Shown here one piece after another: positions 41,492-55,014 of a stretch of 64,000 nucleotides of DNA. This DNA comes from Eledone cirrhosa (Eukaryota). A program made the position numbers and the translations under genes. Positions within the stretch are counted from its first letter, which is position 1. Every line of letters starts with the position of its first letter. The notes under the pieces are model-generated. The model was not told the origin of the DNA. It did not search any database and saw nothing but the letters and a program-made list of their open reading frames with translations. The stretch covers positions 250,418,001 through 250,482,000 of the forward strand of contig OZ024742.1 in assembly GCA_964016885.1 (NCBI GenBank), in the 5' to 3' direction.

Positions 41492-43875
41492 ATGAAAAAA
41501 CAATTCTAGGGAACATCTTTAAAGAATATACCGATATCTTCTAAGAACGTATTCTTACTTCTTATGATACAAAAAACCAACCAATTCATCAAAAGGGTCA
41601 GATGGAGGGCCTACAACTTTGATAGAAAAACAAAACGTAATGATAAAAAATATTGATATGATTTCACCACATATAAGAACCCCCCACACAACTCCTTGCT
41701 TGAAAACTTTGAGAAAGTCCTATTTGACTTAATCAAACACCTCAAATTTAAGAAATATAAATCTAATTATCAAAATTATATTGACTCTACCCTATTGGAA
41801 CTAAAAAATCTAGCAAAGTCCATGCCCATTCTGACAAAACTGGAAATCTATACCACATGGATATTGATAATTATAATGAGTTTATTTATAAGGAACTCAG
41901 GAAAAATTATAAAAAAACTAATAATGCGGCTCTTACCAATATCAACAACAAAACATACAATATACTAAATAAACTCAATATTGAAGACATAACTGAACCT
42001 TTGGCACTGAAAAAACCACTCTTTAACCTTAAAGATCACAAATCTAACTTTAACTCTAATCCTACTCTAAGACTTATATGCCCTTCCAAGTATGACATTG
42101 GCCTCATTAGTACAAACAATTTAGATAGAATTCTCCCACAATTAAGAAAACACGTTAACTTACCTCTCTGGGAAAACACATCTCAAGTAATTAACTGGTT
42201 TACTAATATTAGAAATAAATCATCTGCTTCATTTCTACAATTCGATATAGATGCTTATTATTCCTCTATATCACCCATACTCCTGAACAAAGCCTTGATA
42301 TTTGCCAAAAATAAATCAGACTTAACTATGGATGACATCAATATTATCACGCACGCTAGACAAACACTACTGGAGTTTCAGAAGGAATACTGGACCAGAA
42401 ATACATATAGTAATCTCTTCGACATAACTATGGGCTCTAGTGATTCCGCCCAAATTACCGATCTTGTGGGCCTCTTTCTTCTATTTAACATTAATTCATC
42501 TTTTCCCCAACTTAAAGGTGGTTTATATCGTGATGACTGTTTTCTTCTATCCACTAATCTTAGCCTATCGGAAATTGAAATAAATAAAAAACTTATTAGA
42601 ACTTTCCTCAAAGACTATTATAATCTCACTATTACATTTGAAAACACCAGTAAAATAGTCAATTTCCTAGATATAACTATGGACCTATCTAAAACTTAAT
42701 TTCTCTACCTCTTCTCACATAAAATATGACTTTCAAAAAACCATTCATCCTAATACTCCAACATATGTTAGCAACATTATTAACAAAACTCCTAGCAATC
42801 AGACTAAAACACCTAAATCAGTTAATCTAACTAAATCTATATATAATAAAATCACTAATAGTAACTCTCTTAGTAAACCTCCTGATACATCGTATAAATA
42901 TAAGAAACAATATCGGGTTACTTGGTATAATGCTCCATTTAATCTACAAATTAAAGACAATATCCCTGAAAAATTCTTTGCTATCCTAGAAAAAGACTTC
43001 CCACCAAACCATAAATACCATCAAATTTTAAATAAATCTACTGTCAAATTTTCCTACTCCACTACCAAAAATATACAACATATATTTTGTTGTATATTTT
43101 TGGTAGTGGAGTAGGAAAATTTGACAGTAGATCTATTTAAAATTTGATGGTATTTATGGTTTGGTGGGAAGTTTTTCTCTAGGATAGCAAAGAAGTTTTA
43201 GCGATATTGTCTTTAATTTGTAGATTAAATGGAGCATTATACCAAGTAACCCGTCTATTACGGTTTCGATATTGTTTCTTATATGCGTACAACGCATATA
43301 AGTGTAAAAAAAACATAAATATACCACCAACACATCAAACCAACCATAATAATACTAAAATAAACGGTAACAAACCACCGTCTCCTTCACCTATAACAAT
43401 TCCTATAAACTCCACACCAAACTCCCCTGATATAATATTTACGAATGGTTGTAACTGTAGAATCAAAAGAAATTGCCCATTAAAAGGAAATTGTCTTATT
43501 AATAACATAGTCTATAAATGTAAAATTAGCACTGAGGACTCCACTTATTCATATATAGAACCTACGTCTAACCAATTTAAAGTAAGATTTAATACCCACA
43601 AACATAGTTTTTAAAATGCTGCATTAGCTAATACAACATCCTTGGCTGAAACAATTAATAATTATAGAAAGGAGAACATCGATTACAACCTGACCTGGAG
43701 CGTGCTCAAAACGGCTACCCCTTATCAAAATAGCAGATGCGAGTGTAGGTTATGCTCCCAAGAACTTTTTGAAATCATGAAATCTAAGGATATCCTATTA
43801 AATAAGCGACAGGAATTAATTATATCTTGCAATCATATAATTAGAAGAACCTTCAAATATTATAAACCTAATTAA
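41492..43875 (+). pseudogene. Penelope-like element 2 (Naiad-type) RT + GIY-YIG ORF, degenerate
   Basis: TSLKNIP, RLICPSKYDIG, QFDIDAYY, MGSSDSAQ, LYRDD, FLDITM, CNCRIKRNCPLKGNCLINNIVY, CRLC..E..LLNKRQE..CNH; internal deletion and foldback. Confidence 0.9.
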
Positions 43876-44334
43876 TATATACCTTACTCTTATTTTTTAC
43901 AAATTATTATAATGGTTTTTTTTTATTTAGTTAACCTATAATTAGTATTTTACTACAGAGAATTTTATAATTTTATTACAGCTCTCTTTTCCTAAAATTA
44001 TTTTAACCACACTAGTTCAATTAATCGCATCCCCTATTTATCACATTTAATACCTATGATTATTAAATATAATTAATATCTTTAATATCATCAATGTCCG
44101 TATAGATACTTTACTCTTTATAAAAAATGTTATCTACTTCAGTTTTTCCATATATTTATTTTTTATTGCTTTAATTTCATACTTCTTTATTTATCACATT
44201 CATATGAATTAATATAATTTTATCCCTGTAAGGATACCTATAAATTAATTTAATTTCCCGTTATGAATCTAGATTCCTTGTAGTTTAAATAAGATTGGTA
44301 TTTCTCACTTATACCCTTACCCCAAATTTGTATG

Positions 44335-44890
44335 TATGTATATATACATACTACTGTACGTCTGTATACATATATGTATGTACGTATACATACTTATTTT
44401 TAAGTAATAGCCGTACTAAGAGTGAGAAATGAAATTTCGTTTCATTTTTTCCGTTTATCGTTTTCGGTACCCCGGCCGATTAGCTCACTCGATATGCAAA
44501 TTAGGCTGCTCAGCCGTTAATATGCATAAGGAAAGTATATACTTTCACACGTTCAACCATCTGGCAGGAAGGTATACGTTGTTGACGATAGCTAATAAGC
44601 TTGAAACTAGTACAGCGTCCCTTTGTCAGTATTGAACAAATGAGCAACGATGGTTGCTAGACACTGTACGGCTTAATTCAGGATGTTTGTTTACAAACAC
44701 ACCGAGCATTATAATAAATGTTCGGTGAATCCATACGTACATATATATATATGTGTGCATGTATGTATATATATATATACATACTACTGTACGTCTGTAT
44801 ACATATATGCATGTACGTATACATACTTATATTTAAGTAACAGCCGAACTAAGAGTGAGAAATTAAATTTCGTTTCATTTTTTCCGTTTA
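44335..44890 (+). mobile_element. Retrozyme-like family B, about 1.3 tandem units; HHR at 44576-44618 has C3->T
   Basis: Reverse complement of 33771-34406; ACGTTG-TTGACGA-TAGC(TAATAA)GCTT-GAAA-CTAG-TA^CAGCGT. Confidence 0.85.
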
Positions 44891-45079
44891 TATATATATA
44901 TATATATATATATTGTTATATTTGGGGAGGGTCATATTTGCGTAATATTGCCAGAATTAATAACAGAACACACTCACTGTTTGGTTGGTTTTCGCTTCTC
45001 GCTGTCTTTTATATATATATATCTGCGATCTAACTTACTCGGTCCTCAATGTTGCCATTGACATATATATATATATAAA

Positions 45080-45188
<109 letters not shown>

Positions 45189-45240
45189 GTGTGTATATAT
45201 ATATATATAAATATTTATATATAAATATATATATATATAA

Positions 45241-45289
<49 letters not shown>

Positions 45290-45331
45290 CATACATATAC
45301 AAAATTAAATTACGGGTGTCATGTCCGAAAG

Positions 45332-45580
45332 ACATGCAACAATCACAGGGGATAATTTTTAAAGTGTGTAATCACACACAGCTAGGTAGGTAACTAATGA
45401 ACGTTTAACTAGAACTTCAAATATAGATACCTTTTAAAATGATTAATCTGATTAATCTTCCATGATTAATCATTTTAAAAGGTATCTATATTTGAAGTTC
45501 TAGTTAAACCTTAATTAGCTACCTACCTAGCTGTGTGTGATTACACACTTTACAAATTATCCCCTGTGATTGTTTCATGT
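45332..45580. repeat. Foldback with inverted arms of about 115 bp between (TA)n tracts
   Basis: 45332-45447 versus 45464-45580, near-perfect reverse complement. Confidence 0.85.
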
Positions 45581-45583
45581 GTT

Positions 45584-45626
<43 letters not shown>

Positions 45627-45637
45627 TGTGTGTGTGT

Positions 45638-45733
<96 letters not shown>

Positions 45734-45778
45734 CAATTTCTAGTTGAATATATATATATACATATATATATATAAATG

Positions 45779-45893
<115 letters not shown>

Positions 45894-46070
45894 ATACATT
45901 AACAGAGAAAGCTTTAAGCAATACTCCGACCGGCTTCCGTCTCACTCAACAAACATTAGGATATACCTTAGTATAATCCCAATTATACGTTTGGGGTGCT
46001 AACTAAACGGATTTTGCCGATAGCCAGTTGTATTATTTTATATGAGACATAATTAAAATACATCTCTCTT

Positions 46071-46192
46071 TCCAAACGATCGTTTCATTATAAGTTTTCT
46101 ACAAATTGGGAAAATAATGTCCTGGTTATGTAGAAGCTTACACATAGTCCGTAGGAATATATGTAGGTGGGCACTTATAAATCATCAGTGGA
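46071..46192 (-). ncRNA. Type I hammerhead with branched loop II of about 80 nt
   Basis: Reverse complement TCCA-CTGATGA-TTTATAAG..CTTATAAT-GAAA-CGATCG-TT^TGGA. Confidence 0.8.
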
Positions 46193-46383
46193 TGCGCGAA
46201 AAAAAAAAAAAATATATATATATATATACATCGTTTATATACGTCATTTATTTATCTATTATTTCTTCATAGGTGCCTTTAATCTTATAGCCTGGTTTAA
46301 TTGGTTTTTTCTGTGGTTGATAATGCTGATTGGCAGAGGAGATGGTGTATATATCTTATCAAATGATTCTATGGACATACTTT

Positions 46384-46444
<61 letters not shown>

Positions 46445-46815
46445 CGTTTCTGAATTTGTTTAGCAAGATTCTTTATCTGAAAATGTGTGTTGAAACCGCT
46501 ATTCTTATACTTTGGGAGGGTCATGTTGCCAATAAGAAACACACGCACCAAAGCTTTCACTCCAATTTATTATAAATTAAATTATAAATTTAAAAAATTT
46601 ATAAATTTCCGGTTGGTTGGTTGGTTGGTTGGTTCCACAACCGGATGGTTGTTCATGTATTGCCAAAGTTTTTTCGTCACACATTCTCTAACCTCTTCAG
46701 TAACTGGGGATTCTTTTCTTTGTTTTTGTGTGACACACATAATTTAATAATATATTGGAGTGAAAGCAACTGGTGCGTGTGTTTCTTATTGGCAACATCA
46801 CCCTCCCAAAGTACA

Positions 46816-46888
<73 letters not shown>

Positions 46889-47243
46889 GTATATACATAT
46901 AAATGTGTATATATATATATAAATATATATACACAGTTCAAGAGTAACCAATCTTAAAGAGAGAGATGGAGATAGGAGAGGAGATATGAGAGGAGAGATT
47001 TGTGAATTAGTTAGAAGCCAAAGCGTAAAGGCATGTGCTTAATGTGCAATATGCAGTAGACAGCAGCTAGGTGACTGGGTTCATGCAGAAGTTAGGTGCG
47101 CAGAGCTGGAAATATTCATTAGTTAAGCAAAACAAGGCCACAAATTTCACAAGGAAGACATTATTAAAAGATTGTCAACATATTTTAGTTTGATGTAAGG
47201 AATGTAGAGAATAATAATAATAATATTAATAATAATAATGTCC

Positions 47244-47363
47244 GTTTACAATTGTTTCGCTACTCCATATAATATTTCTGGATCAGATGACTATATATCA
47301 TAATTGATCTGGTTCAGTTGAAAATAATTAACATATTTAAAAGACAGAGTGGCTCATCGGAAC
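47244..47363 (-). ncRNA. PLE3 hammerhead with CCGATGA core and loop II of about 80 nt
   Basis: Reverse complement GTT-CCGATGA-GCCACTC..GAGTAGC-GAAA-CAATTG-TA^AAC. Confidence 0.7.
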
Positions 47364-47732
47364 TTCAAAGGAATATAAATTAAAATAATGAGATAATGTT
47401 ACATAATATATTGTTCCATATATTGGTTTTTACTATGGTGTCTTGGTTGCATCGGTTGTCAGCCATAATCAAGCAGTATTCATGTGTCGAGGCTGCATTG
47501 TGTGAGATCTGCCTATGGGTAACAAGATGGCTGCCAAAGGGCATATTTACCTTACTAATTAGAGGGTGGTTTCAGGGGAAGTAACTTATCGAGATATTAG
47601 AAATTGTGGGTGTTTGTAGTTAAGTGCTAATTTATAAATTTTTTTTTAATTGAGAGACAATGTAGCTTATAATTATCAAGTTGTTCATAGCAATTTAACT
47701 TATTAGATACAAGTAAGAATGGGGCTATATGA

Positions 47733-47879
47733 CTAAGTTGGGTCAAAAATTCTATTGGCGAAGGAATTAGCCCTTCGATGTTGACAGCTAATAGTTACCT
47801 CCGGTAGAGGTCGTGATAGAGTTATGTAATATGCTTCCGTAATACAGAGATCACAATCACAAGATTTTCTTCGTCCATT
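47733..47879 (-). pseudogene. PLE3 GIY-YIG C-terminal remnant (below the ORF-track length cutoff)
   Basis: Manual translation NGRRKSCDCDLCITEAYYITLSRPLPEVTISCQHRRANSFANRIFDPT*, aligning to the PLE1/PLE2 C-termini (CxLC..E...C.H). Confidence 0.8.
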
Positions 47880-48005
47880 GAACGGTTGTGGAACCAACCA
47901 ACCAACCGGAAAATTTATAAATTTATAAATTTAATTTATAATAAATTGGAGTGAAAGCCTCTGGTGCGTGTGTTTCTTATTGGCAACATGACCCTCCGAA
48001 AGCAT

Positions 48006-48082
<77 letters not shown>

Positions 48083-48573
48083 CATATATGTGTATGTACG
48101 CGTGTATCTTCTTTTCTTTTCTTTTCTTTTCTCTGGTGTTAATTGACTACTTTCTTTTTCATTTAAAACACTTTATTTTAACTATTACACTCCCTTCCCC
48201 CTTTATCTTCCGCATATAAATGATCGCGCGTGTGTGTGTGTGTTCATACGCGTGCTTTCATACTAATATGTGTATCTAATACCTGCTTCTGGATTCGTGT
48301 CAACCAGATTATACCGTATTTGTGGTTACATATACACAAATATACTTGCCCTCATATATGTACTTACGCACACATTTTCACCATACACACGCATTTGTAC
48401 ATACATACATATGTACATTTGTGAGTGTATATACATATACACACACCTAACTATATTTCCTTATATTTTTTAATATATTTTATATGTCTATTGCATTACC
48501 TTTATTTATATATATTTTTTTTTTTTTTTTGCATTTCTTGAGGAGACTGTCCAAATATTTCACTATGTTTTAT

Positions 48574-48651
48574 ATTGCCTTGCCCGACGAACGAATGAGG
48601 ACGTTTCTTTCGTATTCGACTTATTCGGGAAACCTCTGGTAATGAGGTAAT
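48574..48651 (+). ncRNA. Type I hammerhead with CCGACGA core
   Basis: ATTGCCTTGC-CCGACGA-ACGAATGAG..CTTATTCGG-GAAA-CCTCTGG-TA^ATGAGGTAAT; 9-bp stem I with GU pairs, 8-bp stem II. Confidence 0.75.
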
Positions 48652-48675
48652 TATATTGTATTGTTTCTTATACGT

Positions 48676-48717
<42 letters not shown>

Positions 48718-48783
48718 CATACACATATATCTACATATACATACATATATATATATGTATACATATATCTACATATACATATA

Positions 48784-48833
<50 letters not shown>

Positions 48834-48994
48834 GACAGACACATATATACATATATATATATATATATATACATATATATATACATATACATATATATAT
48901 ATATATATATACACACACATATATACATATATATACACATACACACATACACACATATATACATACATATACACACATACAAACATATATACAT

Positions 48995-49054
<60 letters not shown>

Positions 49055-49455
49055 ACATATATATACATAAATACACATATATACACACACATATATATAT
49101 GTATATATATATACACATATATATACATATATATATATACATATACACATATATGAGTGCATATATATATATATACATACAAACATATATATATATATAT
49201 ATATATATATGGTGGCAGCCAACTCGTTTTCGAGTACGGCCACTACTTTATATCCATCTAAGAGAAGCCTACCGATGCGCTGAACAAGTGTGACTTTTTA
49301 GTCCAGCCAGCGACTTGAAAACTCTGGTACAAACACTACACTTGTGACAATTATTGACACATAGTGCTGGGCCCATGGTACCATGTGATGACAAGTGCAG
49401 AGAGATCTCCATATATATATATACATACATACATACACACACATATACATACACA

Positions 49456-49495
<40 letters not shown>

Positions 49496-49580
49496 TCTAT
49501 CTATACAGACATATATACACACATATATACATATATATACACACACACATACATGTATATATACACAGATATATATATAT

Positions 49581-49637
<57 letters not shown>

Positions 49638-49735
49638 GATATCCACGTTATGTTGTGGGGTCCACATACACACGCACAAAGATACATATACATATATATA
49701 TATATACATATATTCATACACATATATACACATAC

Positions 49736-49800
<65 letters not shown>

Positions 49801-49932
49801 TATACATACATATATACATATATATATACATATATATATATACATATATATATACATATATATATACATATACATACACATGTGTGTGTATATGTTTATA
49901 TATATCTATATATGTGTACATATTTTATATAC

Positions 49933-49969
<37 letters not shown>

Positions 49970-50243
49970 GTATGTGTATTTATGTATTTTGTATATGTGT
50001 ATATCTGTAGATGTGTTTGTATATGTTTGTATATGTGTATATTTATATGCATATATATATATATATATATGTATATATGTGTATATATATATATATATAT
50101 ATGTATATACATATATATATATATATGTGTATATATTTATTAAAATAACAGATTATTTGCTCTACGGTTCTTATATATTTGATATATATTTATCCTTATC
50201 GAGCCCTCTTTGGTCTTTTATAATTCAAATCTATTATTATTAC

Positions 50244-50362
<119 letters not shown>

Positions 50363-50403
50363 ATGCGTATATGTATATATATGTGTGTATGTGTATATAT
50401 ATG

Positions 50404-50518
<115 letters not shown>

Positions 50519-50859
50519 ATGTGTCTGTTGACACCTGGAATATAGTTTAAGAGAATCATGACAATAATGATATGATAGACACTCATATTTTGAACTGGTT
50601 TATAGAATTCTTTCTGCCTTTGTCACGAAATATAAATTATAGCCTTAAAGAATTAGCTTTTAATGAATTCCCTTTTCTTTCAACCAATGACGTCAACACA
50701 TCCCACTCCCCACCCTCTCCTACCACATGAAAAGACATAAATACCAGAACATTTATTTTGGAAAGCCAGATTCATGATGATTTCTAAAGAATGAAATAGT
50801 TCTAGTCCTGTAGAATCTCATCTATATTAAAACTATATATATATATATTTATATATATC

Positions 50860-50900
<41 letters not shown>

Positions 50901-51112
50901 CCATATACACATTGAAACATATAATTATATATATACAGATATAGATATATACATATATTCATACATAGAGATGTTGGAAGGTATGTTGTGAAGATATATA
51001 TAATAGAGAAACGATGTCCTGTTGTTTGTTATCTTGATACTGTTAACACTCAGTCCACATAAATCACGTTTTATAATCTACGTTATTTTACATATATAGA
51101 TGGCATATATAA

Positions 51113-51213
<101 letters not shown>

Positions 51214-51398
51214 GGTGTGTGTGTGTGTGCGTGTGTGTGTGTGTGTGTGTATCGCACACACAGTCCTCTGCCTTTCTCCGTGCTTGTATTTGTGTGAAAT
51301 TGTATGGCTGGTGTGAATATATATATTTATATATATATATATGTATATATACCACTCTTTCTTTCTTTTCCTCTCTATGTCTCTCTCTTTCTCTCCCC

Positions 51399-51434
<36 letters not shown>

Positions 51435-51538
51435 CTATATGTTTGTCTCTCTCACTCTCTCTCAAGTGAAAGAGAAAGAGAGAGAGAAAGATGCAGATAT
51501 ATAGATTGATATAGGTATAGATACAAATATAAACATAT

Positions 51539-51573
<35 letters not shown>

Positions 51574-51790
51574 GTGTGTGTATTTTTATGTTGAGCAATG
51601 AAAAGAACAGGTGAAGTTTAATGCTTAATCAGTTCATTGTCTAACGATCCTATCTGAAGGTTGATCGATAATGATAAATTGATGCACTAACTAATCGATA
51701 GTAATTATGACACTCCATATTAATGGAATTCTAACAAGGTTATTAACCCTGCCATCGACAGGTATATACCACTCTATATATATATATATA

Positions 51791-52005
51791 TAGGAAAAGA
51801 GTCAGGTCCCTAACGGCTGAGCTCCAGCCGTTGCAACAGCTAGAGTACAGAAGCACCAACAACAGAGTTCGGATCTAGCTGTCGAGACGGCTGGAGCTCA
51901 GCTGTCAGGCTCCTGACACTTTTCCTATTACCCACTCTACTACCCTAAGTATTGAGTACTCTGGTGCGTTGTGGTCCATATGGTATCTTACCACCACCTC
52001 TTTGT

Positions 52006-52008
<3 letters not shown>
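51791..52008. mobile_element. Foldback element family F, diverged copy
   Basis: Same tail (TTACCCACTCTACTACCCTAAGTATTGAGTACTCTGGTGCG) and GAGCTC hairpin arms. Confidence 0.8.
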
Positions 52009-52043
<35 letters not shown>

Positions 52044-52060
52044 TATGTATATATATATAT

Positions 52061-52243
52061 AATTGTCTCTACTTTTGGCACAAGGCCAGCAAATTAACCA
52101 GTGTATTACCGGTACTTTATTTTATCGACCCCATAAGGATGAAAGGCAAAGTTAACCTCGCGGGATTTGAACTCAGAATGGCAAGGGCCGTAACTCTGTA
52201 CGTCAAAGCATGGCATCCGACCCTCTACCGATGCTGCCAATCC
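52061..52243 (-). mobile_element. tRNA-derived SINE family 1
   Basis: Matches the family consensus. Confidence 0.85.
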
Positions 52244-52410
52244 ATCGACGATGACCATTCTGTTGCTAGATCGACTAATAAGTTATTGTGTAAGTGGTTG
52301 AGTATTCCACAGATTCGAGTGCCCTTAACATAAGGCATTCCCGATTTAGCCTGATACTATCCAACGGACTTCCACACACTTTCTATCTCCCCAATTTCAT
52401 TCGCCTAAGC

Positions 52411-52701
52411 CAGTCATGGGCAACCTGTGTCCCGCGAAGCTTTCAGAATGGCTCGCCTAAGTCACCTAAGTGAAATCTTTCTGATTTTTTTACCCCAACT
52501 TTTCAGTCGTAATTTATCTTTCTATCATTTTTACGATCGAAGAAAACAACGAGTACGAATTCTGAAGAAACAAATCAAAACAACCTGATTTACCACCCTT
52601 TTTTTAAATATGGGCACGAATATAAATTAGCGTTTGCGGCCCGCCTGATGATGAACCATATCTCATACGGCCTGCTTCTCGAAAAGGGTTGCCCATGCCT
52701 G
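52411..52701. mobile_element. hAT (Charlie-like) MITE
   Basis: TIRs CAGTCATGGGCAACC / GGTTGCCCATGCCTG; perfect 8-bp TSD GCCTAAGC (52403-52410, 52702-52709). Confidence 0.92.
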
Positions 52702-52916
52702 GCCTAAGCTATGGTAAAAGACACTTACCGAAGGTACCAATTATATTTACCAGTATTAGGTCTACGTTATTATACAGGAACGCCATCTGCTCGAAAAACG
52801 AATATTTAAATCAGCACCAATATACAGAATGCCGTGCCGTATTCGTATTTACTCTCTGCACTGAGTTCAAATCAACTTTACATTCCATCATTTCCAGGTC
52901 GATAAAGTACTGTGTC

Positions 52917-52991
<75 letters not shown>

Positions 52992-52994
<3 letters not shown>

Positions 52995-53330
52995 CGTTTC
53001 TGAATTTGTTTAGCAAGATTCTTTATCTGAAATCGTGTGTTGAAACCGATATTGTTATACTTTGGGAGGGTCATGTTGCCAATAAGAAACACACGTACCA
53101 GCTGCTTTCACTTCAATTTATTATAATAAATTTATAATAAATTTATAAATTTATAAATTTCTGGTTGGTTGGTTGGTTCCACAACCAGATAGTTGTTTAT
53201 ATATTGTCATAGTTCTTTCGTCACACACTATGTGACCTCTTCAGTGACTGGGGATTCCTTTCTTTGTTTCTGTGCTTCTCCTTTGTTCTGTCCTACGCCA
53301 AAATGGCGTAGGACAGAACAAAGGAGAGGC
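52992..53330 (-). mobile_element. Family A element with HHR at 53206-53248 (minus strand)
   Basis: Tail plus long arm matching 29061-29372; reverse complement GTCA-CTGAAGA-GGTCAC..GTGAC-GAAA-GAAC-TA^TGAC. Confidence 0.85.
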
Positions 53331-53355
53331 ATATATGTATACAGACGTACAGTAG

Positions 53356-53424
<69 letters not shown>

Positions 53425-53686
53425 TCATGCACACATATATATATATGTACGTATGGATTCACCGAACATTTATTATAATGCTCGGTGTGTTTGTAAACAA
53501 ACATCCCGAATTAAGACGTACAGTGTCTAGCAACCATCGTTGCTCATTTGTTCAACACTGACAAAGGAACGCTGTACTAGTTTCAAGCTTATTAGCTATC
53601 GTCAGCAACGTATACCTTCCTGCCAGATGGTTGAACGTCTGAAAGTATAAGAGTGAATAATGAAATTTCGTTTCATTTTTTCCGTT

Positions 53687-53690
<4 letters not shown>
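53331..53690 (-). mobile_element. Family B element with intact HHR at 53569-53611 (minus strand) and a short inverted arm at 53648-53690
   Basis: Matches 33850-34110; reverse complement ACGTTG-CTGACGA-TAGC(TAATAA)GCTT-GAAA-CTAG-TA^CAGCGT. Confidence 0.85.
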
Positions 53691-53784
<94 letters not shown>

Positions 53785-54087
53785 AGCTTGAAAACGGAAC
53801 CGCATTGAAAAGATTTAGTCATCTATATCGACATTAGTACTTAATATATCGATTTTCATTATGTTGGCCCGCTAAGGTAAGTAAGTATATGTGTCTGTAT
53901 ATCCGTCTGTGTGTGTGTGTGGCGAGCGTCTCCAGTTTCCTCCTACAAATGTCTTTCATAAAGCAATAGTTGAACACACTTGCTTCTGGTTCCACACAGT
54001 TGGAATTCGAACTCACGTAAAAGCGAAGCAGATTCCTTAACCATGTCTTTTCTTCTTTCTCTCTCTCTCTCATGTATATATATATAA

Positions 54088-54159
<72 letters not shown>

Positions 54160-54358
54160 TTATTTAAGTTTGTTGGTTCACCACTGGATAGAATTGGTCA
54201 TTCCGTATGGTCAATCTTGATGTAATATTATGGAGAGTAATCAACGTAGTGCAGTTCATCCGTCTTCGTTTGTATAGTTGGTGATGCGAATACGGAGTTA
54301 ATTATTATAAATAAAATAACAGGAGATTGGACTGGTGTAAATCCTTGAAAAGTTTATT

Positions 54359-54416
54359 ATACTATGATCATTTTAATGACCGGGTTCCGTATGAATCCGG
54401 TGATATCATCAGGTAT
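54359..54416 (-). ncRNA. Degenerate hammerhead, family D (G12->A)
   Basis: Reverse complement ATAC-CTGATGA-TATCACCGGATTC(ATACG)GAACCCGGTCATT-AAAA-TGATCA-TA^GTAT. Confidence 0.65.
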
Positions 54417-54642
54417 TCGAAATGTAACAAAGGAATATATAAAATCCATGGGTCCGAAATCAGAGACAGAGAGGACGACTGACCAACTAGCCGCTTTCGC
54501 CTCGGTTAGTCGCCCTCAGGTGATGGCAACTCAGTCTACTAATGACCATCTGGTGAGGGGGCGAAAGCTTATAATGTACTACCACCTCTCCGTCAGAGAA
54601 TAAAAAAAGAAGAAAGAAAGAAAGAGTCACACTACAGTCATA

Positions 54643-54702
<60 letters not shown>

Positions 54703-54720
54703 GGGGAGAAAGAGAGGGAG

Positions 54721-54769
<49 letters not shown>

Positions 54770-55014
54770 TCTTTATTTGCCACAAGGGCGTACAAAAAAT
54801 GGGGCATTGCAAGACGTGACGGCGGGGGTTTTACATAAAAATAGCTTTAAAATTAATAAATTACAATAAACCATATATAATAAAATAATTGAAATCCCTA
54901 ATAGGGGGGAACGTTACTGCAGGGTTGTTTTACACCCCGTGGATAGAACAACCCTCAACACCAGGAACACGTTTTGTAGGTGTTCTTTTCTTCCCTCTGT
55001 TTATCTTCCTCAAC

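Larger units (their letters stand above)
46442..48010. mobile_element. Composite: family A arms enclosing a 3' fragment of PLE 3
   Basis: Family A at 46442-46820 and 47881-48010; PLE C-terminus, 3' UTR and HHR on the minus strand at 46930-47880. Confidence 0.7.
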
